The position numbers and the translations under genes were made by a program. Of a stretch of 39,242 nucleotides of DNA, positions 37,872-39,242 are shown in pieces (the stretch's first letter is position 1; each line of letters starts with the position of its first letter). A model generated the notes under the pieces. It ran no database searches, had not been told where the DNA came from, and saw nothing but the letters and a program-made list of their open reading frames with translations. Source of the stretch: Patescibacteria group bacterium (lineage in GTDB: Bacteria; Patescibacteriota; Patescibacteriia; PEXW01); the NCBI GenBank assembly GCA_038065015.1, contig JBBTRU010000036.1, positions 1 to 39,242 on the forward strand. The letters are read 5' to 3'.

Positions 37872-39242
37872 TTATTCTTGGGTGGCGCGCAGCACTTCTT
37901 CCACGGTCGTCATGCCCAGCAGCGCTTTTACAAAGCCGTCTTCTTTCATGGTCAGCACGCCCTGCCGCTTGGATTCGGCTTTAATATCCTGCAGGCGCGA
38001 ACCGCCGGTTATAATCATTTTCATTTCGTCGGTTATTTCGATAACTTCGGCAACCACCAGGCGGCCTTTGTAGCCGGTGTTGCCGCAGCGCACGCAGCCC
38101 CGGCCGTGGGAGAACTTCGGCGCCGCCAGGGTAAAACCTTTGGGGAAAGCCGCTTGGGTTGCGCCTTTGAGGGTTTCCAGGACAAGGTCGCGCGTGGCGT
38201 CTGGCACGGCTTGTTCCTCTTTGCAGTATTCGCAAATGCGCCGCACCAAACGCTGGGCCAGGATGGTGGAGAGGGAAGAGGAAATGAGGAACGGCTCGAC
38301 TTTCATATCAATGAGCCGGGGCACGGCCCCGAACGCATCGTTGGTGTGGAGCGTAGAGAATACCAAGTGGCCGGTAAGCGCGGCGTTCACGGCCAGTTCC
38401 GCGGTTTCGGTATCGCGAATTTCCCCCACCATGACCACGTCTGGGTCTTGGCGCAGGATGGAACGCAAGCCGTTGGCAAAGTTGTAGCCGACGTCCGCAT
38501 TCACCTGGCTCTGGTTCACGCCTTCGGTGTGGTACTCCACCGGATCTTCCAAAGTGACGATGTTTACATCCTCGGTGTTAATCATGCCCAAGAGCGTGTA
38601 GAGCGTGGTGGATTTTCCCGAGCCGGTGGGGCCGGTGCTCAAGACCATGCCCTGGGTGGAGGAGAGGGATTTAACGAGTACGTCTTTCTCGCGGCCAATG
38701 AAGCCCAGGTCGTCCAGCGTAAGGATGCGGTTGGAAGAATCGAGAATACGCATAACGACCTTTTCGTTGTTCATCAACGGCAGCGTGGAAACGCGCAAGT
38801 CAATGGATTTATTGTCCACTTCGGTGTGGAAGCGGCCGTCTTGGGGCAGGCGCGTTTCGTCGAGTTTGAGGTTCGAAACTACCTTGATGCGCGCCACAAT
38901 GGCCGCGTGTACGTAGGGCGGGAGTTTGATGGACGTGTGCAAGATGCCGTCCACGCGGTAGCGCACGCGCGAGCCAAGCGCCGTGGGCTCGATGTGAATG
39001 TCCGAAGCGCCGCCCTCGATAGCATGGCGCAGAATAACCGCAACCATTTTCGAAACCGGCGCGGTTTTAATAACTTCTTCAATGCCTTTGTCCGCCAGGC
39101 TAATTTCGTCCAGCTCGCTGGTGACGGGCTTCTCGGACGGCTCGGTGGCGGCGAGCGCTTCTTCCACTTCGGCGCTCAAACTGGCGTACTGCTTTAGCAC
39201 GCCGCCCAGAACACCGCCGCTGAAGTCAGCAACATCTGTTCC
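37872..39242 (-). CDS. pilB: Type IV pilus assembly ATPase (GspE/PilB family), N-terminus beyond the window
   Basis: GPTGSGKSTT, LEDPVEY, DPDVVMVGEIRD and GHLVFSTLHTN motifs, plus CxxC...CxxC. The frame stays open to 39242. Confidence 0.93.
   Translation of the reverse strand, partial: GTDVADFSGGVLGGVLKQYASLSAEVEEALAATEPSEKPVTSELDEISLADKGIEEVIKTAPVSKMVAVILRHAIEGGASDIHIEPTALGSRVRYRVDGILHTSIKLPPYVHAAIVARIKVVSNLKLDETRLPQDGRFHTEVDNKSIDLRVSTLPLMNNEKVVMRILDSSNRILTLDDLGFIGREKDVLVKSLSSTQGMVLSTGPTGSGKSTTLYTLLGMINTEDVNIVTLEDPVEYHTEGVNQSQVNADVGYNFANGLRSILRQDPDVVMVGEIRDTETAELAVNAALTGHLVFSTLHTNDAFGAVPRLIDMKVEPFLISSSLSTILAQRLVRRICEYCKEEQAVPDATRDLVLETLKGATQAAFPKGFTLAAPKFSHGRGCVRCGNTGYKGRLVVAEVIEITDEMKMIITGGSRLQDIKAESKRQGVLTMKEDGFVKALLGMTTVEEVLRATQE

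Overview
GC-rich bacterial window (a counted host-gene line is 39/60 GC), transcribed almost entirely from the minus strand. (1) 1-13.8 kb is the str/S10/spc ribosomal super-operon (rpsL-rpsG-fusA-tuf-rpsJ-rplC...rpsE-rplO). rpsE abuts rplO with no L30 gene. That, plus tailed r-proteins and short housekeeping enzymes, suggests a Candidate Phyla Radiation/Patescibacteria-like genome (inference only). (2) 14-24 kb is a housekeeping mix: M50 protease, rpmB, an alpha/beta hydrolase, an orphan acidic protein, tRNA-Pro(GGG), metK preceded by a candidate SAM-I-type riboswitch, ndk, a CheY-like receiver, gatCA, ligA and a metallophosphoesterase. (3) 24.1-39.2 kb is a monoderm-style type IV pilus locus: pilB, receiver, a PilT-like ATPase with degenerate catalytic motifs, pilC, two pilin paralogs flanking an O-antigen-ligase/TPR gene, a degenerate pilin, pilD and five very large minor pilins. 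Most unusual signals: (a) a 56-nt perfect palindrome encodes the prepilin leader of two minor-pilin genes and sits in opposite orientations at the two sites. (b) An AT-rich GIY-YIG nuclease ORF is fused in frame to one of those leaders and is bracketed by a 17-nt direct repeat of the palindrome arm. (c) A DUF559 nuclease cassette lies between two GC-rich hairpin modules that recur, permuted, elsewhere in the locus. (d) A TTCGTAA/TACGAA heptamer-repeat element sits where the Shine-Dalgarno should be for fusA, metK and the pilT-like gene, and forms a large inverted repeat upstream of rpsL. All calls come from reading the sequence and ORF track. No database search was run.
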